Assembly (NCBI GenBank): GCA_965204345.1
Contig: OZ241981.1
Span: forward strand, 64,001 to 128,000
DNA from: Nitrosopumilus sp.
GTDB taxonomy: Archaea; Thermoproteota; Nitrososphaeria; Nitrososphaerales; Nitrosopumilaceae
Direction of reading: 5' to 3'
Length of the DNA stretch: 64,000 bases
Shown here: positions 38,943 through 49,259 of the stretch, in pieces
Position numbering within the stretch: position 1 is the first letter of the stretch
Layout of the letters: every line of letters starts with the position of its first letter
The notes under the pieces: generated by a model
The model's input: the letters and a program-made list of their open reading frames with translations, nothing else
The model's database searches: none
Told to the model about the DNA's origin: nothing
Position numbers and translations under genes: made by a program

Positions 38943-39851
38943 ATGGATAACACTAATTCTGTCTGTGCCCGCTGTGGAAAAAACTCCCTGCTTACTGATG
39001 AGGTGACAGGAGAACAATTCTGTGGAAAATGCGGCTATGTAATCACTGAAAAATCCCAGGAATCCGGTCCTGAATGGAGGTCTTTTCAAAAAGACGGCGG
39101 TGCAGATCCTGCAAGAACCGGCGCCCCCTCATCACTAATGATTCATGATATGGGGCTATCTACTGTCATTAATCCCCTAAACAAGGATGCCTCAGGAAAG
39201 CCTCTCTCCACATCCATGAAAAGCACCATTGAGCGGTTAAGAACTTGGGATAGCCGAAGCCAGGTTCATGCCCCAGTTGACAGAAACCTGCGTCAAGCGC
39301 TAAGCGATTTGAACAAGCTAAAGGACAAGGTTTCAATTCCTGCAAACGTGCTGGAAAAAGCCGCATACATTTATCGCAAGGCATTGGAGAAAAAGTTGGT
39401 TCGTGGAAGATCTATCTCTGCCATGATTGCCGCATCCTTGTATGCTGCATGCAGAGACACTGAAACCCCCAGAACCCTAAAGGATGTTGCAGATGCTGCA
39501 AACGTAAAGCGAAAGGACATTGCAAGATGCTATAGGCTGCTTCATCACGAACTGGAGCTAAAAATGCCTGTTGTTGATTCTATACAGTGTATTGCAAGGA
39601 TCTCAAGCAAGCTTGAGATATCTGAGAAGACAAAACGGTACGCAGTCAAGGTACTAAAGGAGGCCCAAGAACGCAAAGAGTCTGCCGGAAAAGACCCTAT
39701 GGGACTGGCAGCTACTGCACTTTATCTCTCATGTGTTAAAAACGGCGTATCCATTACCCAGAGGGACCTTGCAGAAGCTGCCGGAGTAACTGAAGTCACC
39801 ATCAGAAATCGCTACAAGGGATTAAAGGCCGAACAGTCACAAAACCCCTGA
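38943..39851 (+). CDS. tfb: Transcription initiation factor IIB (TFB paralog)
   Basis: Zn ribbon CARCG...CGKCG, GPEWRSF, cyclin repeats (RGRS, GKDPMGLAA, VTEVTIRNRY). Start is ATG 38943 (GTG 38931 possible). Confidence 0.97.
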   Translation: MDNTNSVCARCGKNSLLTDEVTGEQFCGKCGYVITEKSQESGPEWRSFQKDGGADPARTGAPSSLMIHDMGLSTVINPLNKDASGKPLSTSMKSTIERLRTWDSRSQVHAPVDRNLRQALSDLNKLKDKVSIPANVLEKAAYIYRKALEKKLVRGRSISAMIAASLYAACRDTETPRTLKDVADAANVKRKDIARCYRLLHHELELKMPVVDSIQCIARISSKLEISEKTKRYAVKVLKEAQERKESAGKDPMGLAATALYLSCVKNGVSITQRDLAEAAGVTEVTIRNRYKGLKAEQSQNP

Positions 39852-39886
39852 TCTGTCTTTGCTATAGCTGTACGCCTTGATTTACA

Positions 39887-42427
39887 ATGGAAAATATACA
39901 TAAAGTGCAACACGATACTTTTGTTGTGGATACAGTCCCAATTAATTACCAGCTAACCTTTGAGCCTGATCTTAGGAAATTCACATTTGCAGGCTCTGAA
40001 TCCGTTTCTGTCAACTGCAAAAGACCTACTAATCTCATAACCATGCATTGCGCCGAATTGGAAATTGTTTCATGTCAGGTAAAATCTGGAAGCAAAACAA
40101 TCGGTTCCTCAATAAAATTAAATCCCAAAAAGGAAGAATTACAAATCAAGTTATCTGATAAGATCAAAGGAAAATCCACCATCAGTTTGGAATTTAATGG
40201 AGTTTTAAATGACAGGCTGCTGGGATTTTATCGCAGCCAATATACACAAAACGGCAAAATCAAATACCTTGCCACTACTCAGTTTGAGGCAGCAGATGCT
40301 AGGCGCGCATTTCCTTGCTGGGATGAGCCTGTGGCCAAGGCCACTTTTGAGATCTCAATCATTGCAGATAACAGGCTCACTGCAATTTCCAACATGCCTG
40401 TCAAATCAAAGAAGAAACTTGGCAGTAAGACCCTGTACAAATTTTCAAAGACTCCCGTGGTCTCAACGTATCTGGTTTATCTTGGCGTTGGCGAATTTGA
40501 ATACCTTGCAAGCAGAGTCGGGAAAATCCGGATTAGGGTTGTAACTACAAAGGGAAACAGGTCCAAGGCCAAATTTTCACTGGAATTGGCAAAGAAGCTT
40601 CTTGGTTCGTATGAAAAATATTTTGGAATAAGGTATCCTCTGCCCAAGCTTGACCTGATTGCAGTTCCGGATTTTGCAGCAGGTGCCATGGAAAATTGGG
40701 GCGCAATAACTTTCAGGGAGACTATTTTGCTATATGATCCAAAGACATCTTCTACAAGAACCAAGCAATTCATTGCAGAGGTGATCTCCCACGAAATCGC
40801 ACATCAGTGGTTTGGCAATCTTGTAACCATGAAGTGGTGGAATGACTTGTGGTTAAATGAAAGCTTTGCAACCTTTATGGCAACCAAGTTTGTTGACAAG
40901 TTTTATCCTCAGTGGGATCTGTGGAATCAGTTCGTTGAGGATGCCATGAATGTTGCCATGGGGCTTGATTCTTTAAAGACTACCCATCCAATAGACGTCA
41001 CAGTAAACTCCCCTGCTGAAATCCGGGAAATTTTTGATGCGATATCTTATGACAAGGGCGGATGCATATTAAGAATGCTTGAAAACTATGTTGGAGAGCC
41101 AAACTTTCAAAAGGGATTAAAAAAATACCTGTCTGATTTCAAGTATCAAAACGCACAGGGCCAGGACCTGTGGGATGCCATTGGCAAGGCCTCCAAAATG
41201 CCTGTCTCCTCTATGGTCAATACATGGTTAAAGCAGCCCGGATTTCCCCTAGTCCGAATCAGCCAGGACAGAAACACGCTAAAGCTAACACAGCAACGGT
41301 ACCTGCTTGAATCTGATAAGAAATTCAGCAAAGGGATATGGTCAATCCCCCTGTCTTTGGGACTGGAATCTGAAATCACCAAAAGACTGTTCACTAGAAA
41401 AACAATGTCCATAAAGCTACCTGGGAATACCTTGGGTTTTGTTGCAAACTATGGGAGAAAGGGATTCTATCGCATAAAATATGACGAAGGCATACTGCTT
41501 GATCTGAAGATGCTAGTAGACAGAAAACGCATCTCTCCCATTGACAGGTGGGCAATTCAGAATGACTTGTTTTCTTTGTGCGTCTCTGGCAATGAGCAGG
41601 TAAGAAACTATCTTGATTTTTCTGATGCGTATTTTGATGAGGACAGCTATCTTGCATCTGTTAATGTTGCCCATAACCTGGCGTCCTTGTATTTCCGTGC
41701 ATTTGATGAACCCTTTGCAGATGAGATACGCGATTACACCCTGAACTATTTTAGAAAGCTTTTGTCCAATTTGGGGTGGGAACCCCAAAAATCCGACAGG
41801 CATACTGATGCATTGCTGCGCTCATTTGTAGTCTCGGTGCTGGGCAGGATGGATGATGAGGATGTCACAGGCACGGCGCTTGCAAAATATAAGAAATTCT
41901 TAAAATCCCCATCCTCCTTGCCTGCTGACCTGATTGAAGCTGTCTGCTCCATTGCTGCATGGAACGGCGATGCAAAAACCCATGCCGAGCTTACAAGGCT
42001 TTACAAAAACGCAAAAACTATGGAGGAGAAACTCAGATTCCTAGGCGCATTATGCGGCTTTAGGGATAAAAAATTACTCTTAAAATCCCTTGACTTTTCC
42101 CAAACTTTTCATGTCCGTTCTCAGAACATGCAGCTGCCAATCATGAAAGTCTCTGCAAATCCTTACGGTGACAGGGTTTTGTGGCCGTGGCTGAAGAAAA
42201 ATTGGAAAAAATTAAACAAAAAGGTGGGACATGGCAATCCTCTCTTTAATCGCATTGTGGCAAGCATTACTGCCGTAGCTGATGCCACTATGGAAAAAGA
42301 GATCAAAACCTTTTTCAAAAACAATCCCACTCCCGGCACTGAGCGCACCCAATCCCAAACCCTTGAAAGAATAAGGATAAACTCAAAATTCCTCAGGCAA
42401 ATGAGAAAAGAGTTCAAGGATGGCTAA
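39887..42427 (+). CDS. M1-family aminopeptidase (tricorn-interacting factor F2/F3-like)
   Basis: TQFEAADARRAFPCWDEP, GAMENWG, HEIAH-x18-E, SYDKG. Confidence 0.95.
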   Translation: MENIHKVQHDTFVVDTVPINYQLTFEPDLRKFTFAGSESVSVNCKRPTNLITMHCAELEIVSCQVKSGSKTIGSSIKLNPKKEELQIKLSDKIKGKSTISLEFNGVLNDRLLGFYRSQYTQNGKIKYLATTQFEAADARRAFPCWDEPVAKATFEISIIADNRLTAISNMPVKSKKKLGSKTLYKFSKTPVVSTYLVYLGVGEFEYLASRVGKIRIRVVTTKGNRSKAKFSLELAKKLLGSYEKYFGIRYPLPKLDLIAVPDFAAGAMENWGAITFRETILLYDPKTSSTRTKQFIAEVISHEIAHQWFGNLVTMKWWNDLWLNESFATFMATKFVDKFYPQWDLWNQFVEDAMNVAMGLDSLKTTHPIDVTVNSPAEIREIFDAISYDKGGCILRMLENYVGEPNFQKGLKKYLSDFKYQNAQGQDLWDAIGKASKMPVSSMVNTWLKQPGFPLVRISQDRNTLKLTQQRYLLESDKKFSKGIWSIPLSLGLESEITKRLFTRKTMSIKLPGNTLGFVANYGRKGFYRIKYDEGILLDLKMLVDRKRISPIDRWAIQNDLFSLCVSGNEQVRNYLDFSDAYFDEDSYLASVNVAHNLASLYFRAFDEPFADEIRDYTLNYFRKLLSNLGWEPQKSDRHTDALLRSFVVSVLGRMDDEDVTGTALAKYKKFLKSPSSLPADLIEAVCSIAAWNGDAKTHAELTRLYKNAKTMEEKLRFLGALCGFRDKKLLLKSLDFSQTFHVRSQNMQLPIMKVSANPYGDRVLWPWLKKNWKKLNKKVGHGNPLFNRIVASITAVADATMEKEIKTFFKNNPTPGTERTQSQTLERIRINSKFLRQMRKEFKDG

Positions 42428-42827
42428 AAGACTAGGACCGCCAATATTTCTTGGTGTCTTTACTGTACTGGCCATTGTGTTTTTGACCGGAGGTGCAACA
42501 GACGACAAGGATGCCCTTAGGGAAACATTTCAAATTGAGGCAGTATACTATGATACTGGCCATGTGGAGATATCATATCTTGATAATTCTGATAGGACAA
42601 ATTCTGCCGTACTGGAAATTCTTGGAATGGACGAGTCTTTTCAAAAGACCTTTTCTGAATCTCAATTCGTTGAAATCGTTCCTTTTTCTGACGTTCCAAA
42701 GTATGGCTGGGCAATACATCCCATAGTCTTGGATATTCAGCATGATGAATTTGGACACATTCAATTAAAAACTGAAGTTCATCCCTTGGGTGATCCGGTT
42801 CCATCTGTAATCTACTCTAGACCCTGA
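42420..42827 (+). CDS. Hypothetical membrane-anchored protein
   Basis: N-terminal TM segment; overlaps the end of the aminopeptidase gene. Confidence 0.7.
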   Translation: MAKRLGPPIFLGVFTVLAIVFLTGGATDDKDALRETFQIEAVYYDTGHVEISYLDNSDRTNSAVLEILGMDESFQKTFSESQFVEIVPFSDVPKYGWAIHPIVLDIQHDEFGHIQLKTEVHPLGDPVPSVIYSRP

Positions 42828-42872
42828 CTTGCCGGGGCACAAGATTTTATTGCACCCCTTATTATTTACTGT

Positions 42873-43796
42873 ATGACTGACATGCTTTCTGATCTAAAAA
42901 AGGGAAGGCGCGGGGCAATTGCCAAGGCTATTACTGTTGTTGAAAATGATCAAAAGGAAGCAAAAAAACTGCTAAAGAAAATCTTCAAGGACTGCGGAAA
43001 TTCCAGCATCATTGGCATAACAGGGCCTGCCGGTGCCGGCAAGAGCTCGCTGATAAACAAGACTTCTCTTGCCCTAAAGGAATTGGGCTCAAAACCCGCC
43101 GTTTTGGCAGTTGATCCCACAAGCCATGTTACCGGCGGCTCTATTTTGGGAGATAGAGTCAGGATGAGCGAGTCCACTGATTCTGGGACTTTTATTCGCA
43201 GCATTGCGTCTCGCGGTGCAACCGGTGCCGTCTCTCGCTCATTGAGAAACAGCATACGTGTTTTAGAATATGCCGGATTTGACCCAATAATCATTGAAAG
43301 CGTTGGTGCAGGCCAAACCGAAGTTGAGATCTCAAACATTGCTGATATCACAGTCGTTGTCTTTAATCCCAATACCGGGGATAGCATTCAGACAATCAAG
43401 GCAGGCCTCACTGAGATTGGCGATATCTATCTTGTAAACAAAAGCGATCTGAGCGGAACAAACCAGCTCTTTGATGCAGTCCGTGATTTTATTGGCGATT
43501 CTAAGAGAAATCCCGTCATTTTAAAAACATCCGTGAAAAAAAATTCTGGCATCACAGTCTTTGCAAAAACCCTAAAAGACATGATAAAGTCCAAAAAAAA
43601 ACTCAAGGACATCAAAAATCGTGAGAGGCTTGAGGTGGAACTAAAGGATATTGTTTTAAATAACATAAAACAGAGCATTGATGAGATGCTGGTTTCTGAT
43701 AAAACCTTTTCAAGATATCTTAAAAAATTATACTCAAAGGACATTGATCCATTTGAAGCCGGGGATAAGATTACAAAATCCTTGCTAAAAAAGTGA
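42873..43796 (+). CDS. meaB: Methylmalonyl-CoA mutase-associated GTPase MeaB/ArgK
   Basis: GITGPAGAGKS, VDPTS, GDRVRM, ESVGAGQ, NKSD. Confidence 0.95.
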   Translation: MTDMLSDLKKGRRGAIAKAITVVENDQKEAKKLLKKIFKDCGNSSIIGITGPAGAGKSSLINKTSLALKELGSKPAVLAVDPTSHVTGGSILGDRVRMSESTDSGTFIRSIASRGATGAVSRSLRNSIRVLEYAGFDPIIIESVGAGQTEVEISNIADITVVVFNPNTGDSIQTIKAGLTEIGDIYLVNKSDLSGTNQLFDAVRDFIGDSKRNPVILKTSVKKNSGITVFAKTLKDMIKSKKKLKDIKNRERLEVELKDIVLNNIKQSIDEMLVSDKTFSRYLKKLYSKDIDPFEAGDKITKSLLKK

Positions 43797-43800
43797 TACT

Positions 43801-45402
43801 ATGGCTATAAAAAAATCTTCAAAATCAAAGGTTTCTGAAAAGAAAATTTTCACTGATTCTACTTTTCTGGTAAAACGAATCTATCAAAAATCTGGCAAGA
43901 AAAGATCCGTGGAGGATGCAGGAAAGTACCCTTTCACTAGGGGCATTCATCCTGGGATGTTCCGTGATAGGTTTTGGACCATGAGGCAGTATTCGGGATT
44001 CGGTGATGCAAAACTAACCAACGAGCGATTCAAGTTCATGCTTGAAAAAGGCCAGACTGGCCTTAGCATGGCCTTTGACTTGCCTACGCAGATTGGGTAT
44101 GATTCTGACTCTCCCCAGGCAGAGGGCGAAGTGGGCAAAGTCGGAGTCTCCATCACGTCAATTAGGGACATGATGACTGCCTTTGATGGCATTCCCTTGG
44201 GCAAAGTCAGTTCCTCGATGACTATAAATTCGACTGCATCCACGCTTCTTGCATACTATATTGCAGTGGGAGAATCCCAAGGATTCAAAAGCCATCAGCT
44301 GCGTGGAACCACCCAAAATGACATTCTAAAAGAATACATTGCAAGAAACACCTACATCTATCCCCCCCAGCCCTCGATGAGATTGATTGGCGACATGATT
44401 GGCTATTGTGCACAAAAAGTTCCTTTCTGGTATCCCGTATCTATCTCTGGATATCACATGAGGGAGGCCGGCTGTACTGCAACACAGGAGGTTGCATTCA
44501 CACTAGCCAATGCAATTGCGTATATTCAGACTTGTATCGATAAAGGATTGAAAATTGACGACTTTGCACCCCGCCTGTCTTTCTTTTTTTGCTGTACCAT
44601 GGAGTTCTTTGAGGAGGTCGCAAAGTTCAGAGTCGCAAGAAGGGTTTATGCAAAAATATTAAAAGAGACGTTCCATGCAAAAAATCCCCGCTCACTACAA
44701 TTAAAATTCCATACCCAGACTAGCGGTGAGTCACTAACTGCACAGCAGCCCAACAATAACATTGTTCGTGTTGCAATACAAACCATGGCAGCAGTTGCAG
44801 GAGGAACCCAGTCACTTCATACCAATTCTAGGGATGAGGCATTGGCACTTCCAACACAGGAATCTGCAAAAATTGCACTAAGGACACAGCAGATTGTGGC
44901 TCATGAAAGCGGCATTACAAAGACTGCCGATCCCCTGGCAGGTTCCTACTATCTTGAAGAGCTGTGCGACCAAATTGAGGACGGCGTCTGGAAGTATCTT
45001 AGGAAAATTCAAAAAATGGGCGGTTCTGTAAAAGCAATTGAAAAGGGCTTCTTCCAGTCCGAAATTCGTGCAAATGCCTACCGTCTCAAAAAAGAGACAG
45101 ATGATGCTGACAGGGTCATTGTTGGCGTAAACAGGTATTCTGAGGAGGAACAACAGCCCGAACTGCTTAGGATAGATGGCAGGATTGAAATTCAGCAAAA
45201 AAAGGCATTAAAAAAATTACGTGCAGACAGGGATCCTAAAAAACTGGAAAAAGCACTGTCTGCAATGCAGAGTGCCGCTGACACTGGAGACAATCTCATG
45301 CCTTACATTGTTACTGCTGCCAAAGCATTTGCAACTACTGGTGAGATTAGCAATACGTTCAGGGAGGTATTTGGCGAGTACCGCCCAAAAGAGGTCTTTT
45401 AG
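43801..45402 (+). CDS. Methylmalonyl-CoA mutase large (substrate-binding) subunit
   Basis: YPFTRG, WTMRQYSGF, GTTQNDILKEY, SISGYH, QSLHTN. Confidence 0.97.
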   Translation: MAIKKSSKSKVSEKKIFTDSTFLVKRIYQKSGKKRSVEDAGKYPFTRGIHPGMFRDRFWTMRQYSGFGDAKLTNERFKFMLEKGQTGLSMAFDLPTQIGYDSDSPQAEGEVGKVGVSITSIRDMMTAFDGIPLGKVSSSMTINSTASTLLAYYIAVGESQGFKSHQLRGTTQNDILKEYIARNTYIYPPQPSMRLIGDMIGYCAQKVPFWYPVSISGYHMREAGCTATQEVAFTLANAIAYIQTCIDKGLKIDDFAPRLSFFFCCTMEFFEEVAKFRVARRVYAKILKETFHAKNPRSLQLKFHTQTSGESLTAQQPNNNIVRVAIQTMAAVAGGTQSLHTNSRDEALALPTQESAKIALRTQQIVAHESGITKTADPLAGSYYLEELCDQIEDGVWKYLRKIQKMGGSVKAIEKGFFQSEIRANAYRLKKETDDADRVIVGVNRYSEEEQQPELLRIDGRIEIQQKKALKKLRADRDPKKLEKALSAMQSAADTGDNLMPYIVTAAKAFATTGEISNTFREVFGEYRPKEVF

Positions 45403-45801
45403 ATGAAAATTGATCATATTGCAATAGCAGTAAATGATGTAGAGGAATCCGCCAAAATTTACCAGCAGGCACTAGGTGTTAAGAGTGTGGAATTTGAAAC
45501 AGTAGAGTCTGAAGGAGTTAGAGTTGCAATAATTCATTTGGAGAATGGGCGTGTCGAACTAATGCAGCCAACAAATGATCAAAGTCCAATTAAAAAATTT
45601 CTTGACAAAAAAGGTCAAGGATTGCATCATATGGCATTGGATACTGAGAATATTGAAGGTGAGGTCAAGCGAATGGAGGGCTGTGGCATACAGTTCTTGG
45701 GTAAAATACGCCCTGGATCTGCAGGAACCAAAGTCACTTTTATTCATCCAAAATCGTTACACGGCGTACTGACAGAACTTTGCTCTCATCCCAAACAATA
45801 A
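45403..45801 (+). CDS. mce: Methylmalonyl-CoA epimerase
   Basis: VOC fold: IDHIAIAV, GLHHMAL, FIHPK..HGVLTEL. Confidence 0.95.
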   Translation: MKIDHIAIAVNDVEESAKIYQQALGVKSVEFETVESEGVRVAIIHLENGRVELMQPTNDQSPIKKFLDKKGQGLHHMALDTENIEGEVKRMEGCGIQFLGKIRPGSAGTKVTFIHPKSLHGVLTELCSHPKQ

Positions 45802-45840
45802 AACCAAAAAAGAAAGCCAGAGATGCATATGCTATTTTTG

Positions 45841-46233
45841 TTATGCCTTGGTAGGATCTCTGCTCAATATGTTTAGCACATGCTCAACAATTTGTTTTTG
45901 ACCGCCTGCATGCATATCTGTCCGTACTGTATCAGAGCCCAAGCTAACAAAAATCAGATTCTCATCCCCCAATGGAAACGTCATACGTGTAATCTTTTCA
46001 AATGCTGCTACTGCGTACAACCCATTGCCTATTTTTGGCCTTAATTCTTTTCTGCCTTTCCAGGCGGTTGCTGCCCTTTTTAGCGATGATGCTGTCTCAT
46101 CTGGGGACAGGTAATTTGTAATTCCTTCTCTGTGGCTAGTTGAGAGAATATTCCCGTCCGTATCTGTGATTATGCTGTGTCTGATGTTTGGGTCCGAATC
46201 CATTATTCTCCTTAAGAGATTTTTAAAATCCAT
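45841..46233 (-). CDS. Hypothetical protein (roadblock/sensor-like thaumarchaeal family)
   Basis: IMDSDPNIRHSIITDTDGNIL and YAVAAFEKITRMTFPL pattern. Confidence 0.6.
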   Translation of the reverse strand: MDFKNLLRRIMDSDPNIRHSIITDTDGNILSTSHREGITNYLSPDETASSLKRAATAWKGRKELRPKIGNGLYAVAAFEKITRMTFPLGDENLIFVSLGSDTVRTDMHAGGQKQIVEHVLNILSRDPTKA

Positions 46234-46351
46234 TCTTTATTTCACGTCAAAATATTACTTAAGAGTTCTGTGTTATTTTAAAAGTAGCTGTGTTGGCCTT
46301 TGTGATCTTACTTTGTCCTTGACATCTTGCAGATCTTGGCTATTCTTTGCA

Positions 46352-46448
46352 CAAGTCCCAAATAATAATCCAGTTTCAACTTTCTGACGCTGATGCCTGC
46401 TGTCTAGTTCTCTGCTGATTGCAAGTCCCAAATAATAATCCAGTTTCA
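46352..46448. repeat. Two perfect 27-bp direct repeats, 70 bp apart
   Basis: CAAGTCCCAAATAATAATCCAGTTTCA at 46352-46378 and 46422-46448. Confidence 0.9.
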
Positions 46449-46546
46449 GCATCTGAAAATATGTTTGATAATGTCCAATTCCGGTTCTCGTTTTAGCAGT
46501 TACTCTCATAATTGCATCTTATTGCGTGTTTCAAACTTGAAGATAA

Positions 46547-47104
46547 CTATTCCATCATCTTCAAAGTATCCGAAGCCGTAATGATGCCTATGATCTTTGA
46601 TTTTTTTGAAACCAGGATACATTTTGAATATCTGATTAACGGAACAAGTACATTTGCTGGCGTGTCATAATTGACAATTGGCGGTATGGGGTCCATCGTA
46701 TCTGCAAGCTTTGCTTTTTTTAACTCTGATTCCCCTAAATCTGATAAATGCCTTACAATCCCGTCTTCTGAAATTACGCCTACTACCTCTGAATCATTAA
46801 AAACAGGAATTTGGCTGATTGATAACTGATGCATTTTTTTGATTGCATCATGAAGTGTGTTTGTTGGCCTTAATTTCACAATGTCCTTGCTGCAAAAATC
46901 CCCCGCCGTATGGGATGATGACTCTCCTTCTAGTTTTGCAAGACTTTCAAAAATTTTCTTTGCCGTATCATAACTTGGCTGGCTTCTTCCTGACTCTATT
47001 TGATTAATCATTGATGTGCTTACTCCTGTCATTATCGCAAGTTTTTTTTGTGTTATGCCTATCTTCTGCCTAATTTGCTTAATTGATTCAATTCTTGGCA
47101 GCAT
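46547..47104 (-). CDS. XRE-family HTH regulator with CBS pair
   Basis: RQKIGITQKKLA...INQIESGRSQPS, followed by two CBS domains. Confidence 0.92.
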   Translation of the reverse strand: MLPRIESIKQIRQKIGITQKKLAIMTGVSTSMINQIESGRSQPSYDTAKKIFESLAKLEGESSSHTAGDFCSKDIVKLRPTNTLHDAIKKMHQLSISQIPVFNDSEVVGVISEDGIVRHLSDLGESELKKAKLADTMDPIPPIVNYDTPANVLVPLIRYSKCILVSKKSKIIGIITASDTLKMME

Positions 47105-47243
47105 CTCATTTTCAGTTAGATTTGGATGGTTTTAAAATATATTGAAAGTGAGTTTTTTGATAGCATTAATGTGCCTTTAGTGTGTTCAATTATGAGTAAC
47201 TGATTAATTCTATGGTATTTTAGTGTAAGATCAGTAGGCAGTA

Positions 47244-48863
47244 TTGATGAAAAAAAATATAATCATAAAAAATTTTGTCTTTCTGTCTTTTTGTGCCATT
47301 CTTCTTAGTTACGGTTTACAGCCTGCCTTTGCTGAAATTTTCTTTCCATCCACGAATTTCAGGCTTCAAGACAACCCTACTTTTTGTGTAGTTATTCCCG
47401 AAGATGACAATGTTCCTCAAGCGCAAAAAACTAGGTGGGTAAATTTGGCAGAACGTGCAGTATTGGAATGGGAAGCAAAATTAAAGGAAAAAGAAACAAT
47501 TAATCCTGATGTTTGGGACATTAGTGTAAAGATAGTCTCAGAAGATGACTCTAAAAATTGTGGAATTAACATTTCATTTAAAGACAAACCCAAGTTTGAA
47601 GGCACGATTATTGGGGTGTTTTGGTGGCCTCCTGCCTCCATTGAAATTTATTACTTGCAGTTCCAGCTGTGTGGTCTGTTTGGATGTTACAATGATGATG
47701 CTTTCATCTCTGATGATCACGTATTTGTTACTGTTTTACATGAGGTAGGCCATGCTATGGGATTAGATCATTATGTTTCTGATAATTCTGATATTAATTC
47801 ACAATGGAAAACTAGTAACAATGTGCCACCCTCGATAATGATTCCAACAATTCACAACACTCCTAGCATTCAACAAATTACTGATACTGACATTAACAAA
47901 GTTCGTGAAATTTATGGCAGTAATGGATTCAAAGCATTTTCCGTAATACCTGAGCCAAAGCCCGAGCCAAAACCTGAGCCAAAGCCCGAGCCAAAACCTG
48001 AGCCAAAGCCCGAACCAAAACCTGAGCCAAAGCCCGAGCCAAAACCTGAGCCAAAGCCCGAGCCAAAGCCCGAGCCAAAACCTGAGCCAAAACCTGAGCC
48101 AAAGCCCGAGCCAAAGCCCGAGCCAAAGCCCGAGCCAAAGCCCGAACCAAAACCTGAGCCAACACCTGCACCCCCAGCCGTAGAACCAATTCTTCCTGAC
48201 AGGCCATTTCTTGAAATAGAGGTCTCCAAAAAAATAATCAAGGTTCAAAACCACATACGTGATACAGTCAAAATTTCAGGAATTATATCTGGTGACAAGT
48301 TGCTACAGGGGCATCCTGTAATAATATCTGTATATTATCCTGATCAATCTGTAGAAATATTAAAAACATTAACTACACGCAGTGGCTACTTTGAAACATT
48401 ATTGATAATTGATAAAAATTCAATTCGGGGAGACTATCAGGTTTCAGTAAGCTATTTGGAGCATGTTGACAAAAACATGGATGTGTTTTTCAAAGTAATT
48501 GATGATACGGTTGATTCTGATGATGCTGTATTGGATGCATCTTCTGATAAAGAACAAAGTATCTCCACAGAATCTGTTTCTGGTTTGTTCTCCGTGTCTG
48601 TTATTCCTGAGTGGTTTAAAGATAATGCAAGATGGTGGGCTGATGGTCTTTTGGATGACGATACTTTTACTTCCGGAATGGAGTTTTTGCTTTCAGAGAA
48701 CATAATTACAATTCCAGAGTCTGATGTTGTTTTATCAAATCAGCCTATTCCTCCTTGGGTAAGATATAATGCTGGATTGTGGGCTGATGGTCTTTTGGAT
48801 GACGATTCCTTTATTTTGGATTTGAAATATCTTGTTGAGATTGGAATTATAAAAATAAACTAA
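47244..48863 (+). CDS. Secreted metzincin metalloprotease with PEPK linker and thaumarchaeal IPxW/WWADG C-terminal repeats
   Basis: Signal peptide, [11 protein letters not shown], Met-turn SIM, 17x[19 protein letters not shown] and [15 protein letters not shown]. Confidence 0.88.
   Translation: MMKKNIIIKNFVFLSFCAILLSYGLQPAFAEIFFPSTNFRLQDNPTFCVVIPEDDNVPQAQKTRWVNLAERAVLEWEAKLKEKETINPDVWDISVKIVSEDDSKNCGINISFKDKPKFEGTIIGVFWWPPASIEIYYLQFQLCGLFGCYNDDAFISDDHVFVTVLHEVGHAMGLDHYVSDNSDINSQWKTSNNVPPSIMIPTIHNTPSIQQITDTDINKVREIYGSNGFKAFSVIPEPKPEPKPEPKPEPKPEPKPEPKPEPKPEPKPEPKPEPKPEPKPEPKPEPKPEPKPEPKPEPKPEPKPEPTPAPPAVEPILPDRPFLEIEVSKKIIKVQNHIRDTVKISGIISGDKLLQGHPVIISVYYPDQSVEILKTLTTRSGYFETLLIIDKNSIRGDYQVSVSYLEHVDKNMDVFFKVIDDTVDSDDAVLDASSDKEQSISTESVSGLFSVSVIPEWFKDNARWWADGLLDDDTFTSGMEFLLSENIITIPESDVVLSNQPIPPWVRYNAGLWADGLLDDDSFILDLKYLVEIGIIKIN
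47949..48161 (+). repeat. 12-bp coding tandem repeat (17 x PEPK plus PEP)
   Basis: CC(T/C)GA(G/A)CCAAA(G/A) units. Confidence 0.95.
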
Positions 48864-49259
48864 TTATTTAAATAATCTTTTATCAATATTTGATTTTTTA
48901 CTAGCATAAATTTATTTTTCATATGCGGGATTAATTCCTCCAAGCTCCTATCAAATATGTGATTTTGTCTTTTTTGCTGAGCACATAATGTACTTCCCAA
49001 TCCTTGTTTATTTCTAAAGTTTCTACAGATATTTCCTGACTTTGGCAATTAGATGATGATCTTTTTTATCGAGTCTGAACTATTGTCCCAATTCTGAGTC
49101 TGGCAATTGCGTCTAGTGTCTCAAATACTTGGATTGTTTTGAGCAGCCCCCTTCCTTATCATGATATTCTCAACTCATATACAATAAAAATCCGCAATAC
49201 TGCGTTATGCAGGCCTGCTGCGATGTGATTCCTGGCTTTGCCTGAATTTCAGACGGTTA

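Noticed and set aside
46352-46448. Possible mini-CRISPR array (27-bp repeat, 43-bp spacer)
   Set aside because: Only two repeats, no third degenerate copy at 70-bp spacing, no palindrome, and no cas genes in the window.
47799-48254. Minus-strand ORFs with (GFGS)n, (WLGL)n and (ALAR)n repeats
   Set aside because: Antisense shadows of the PEPK tandem repeat.
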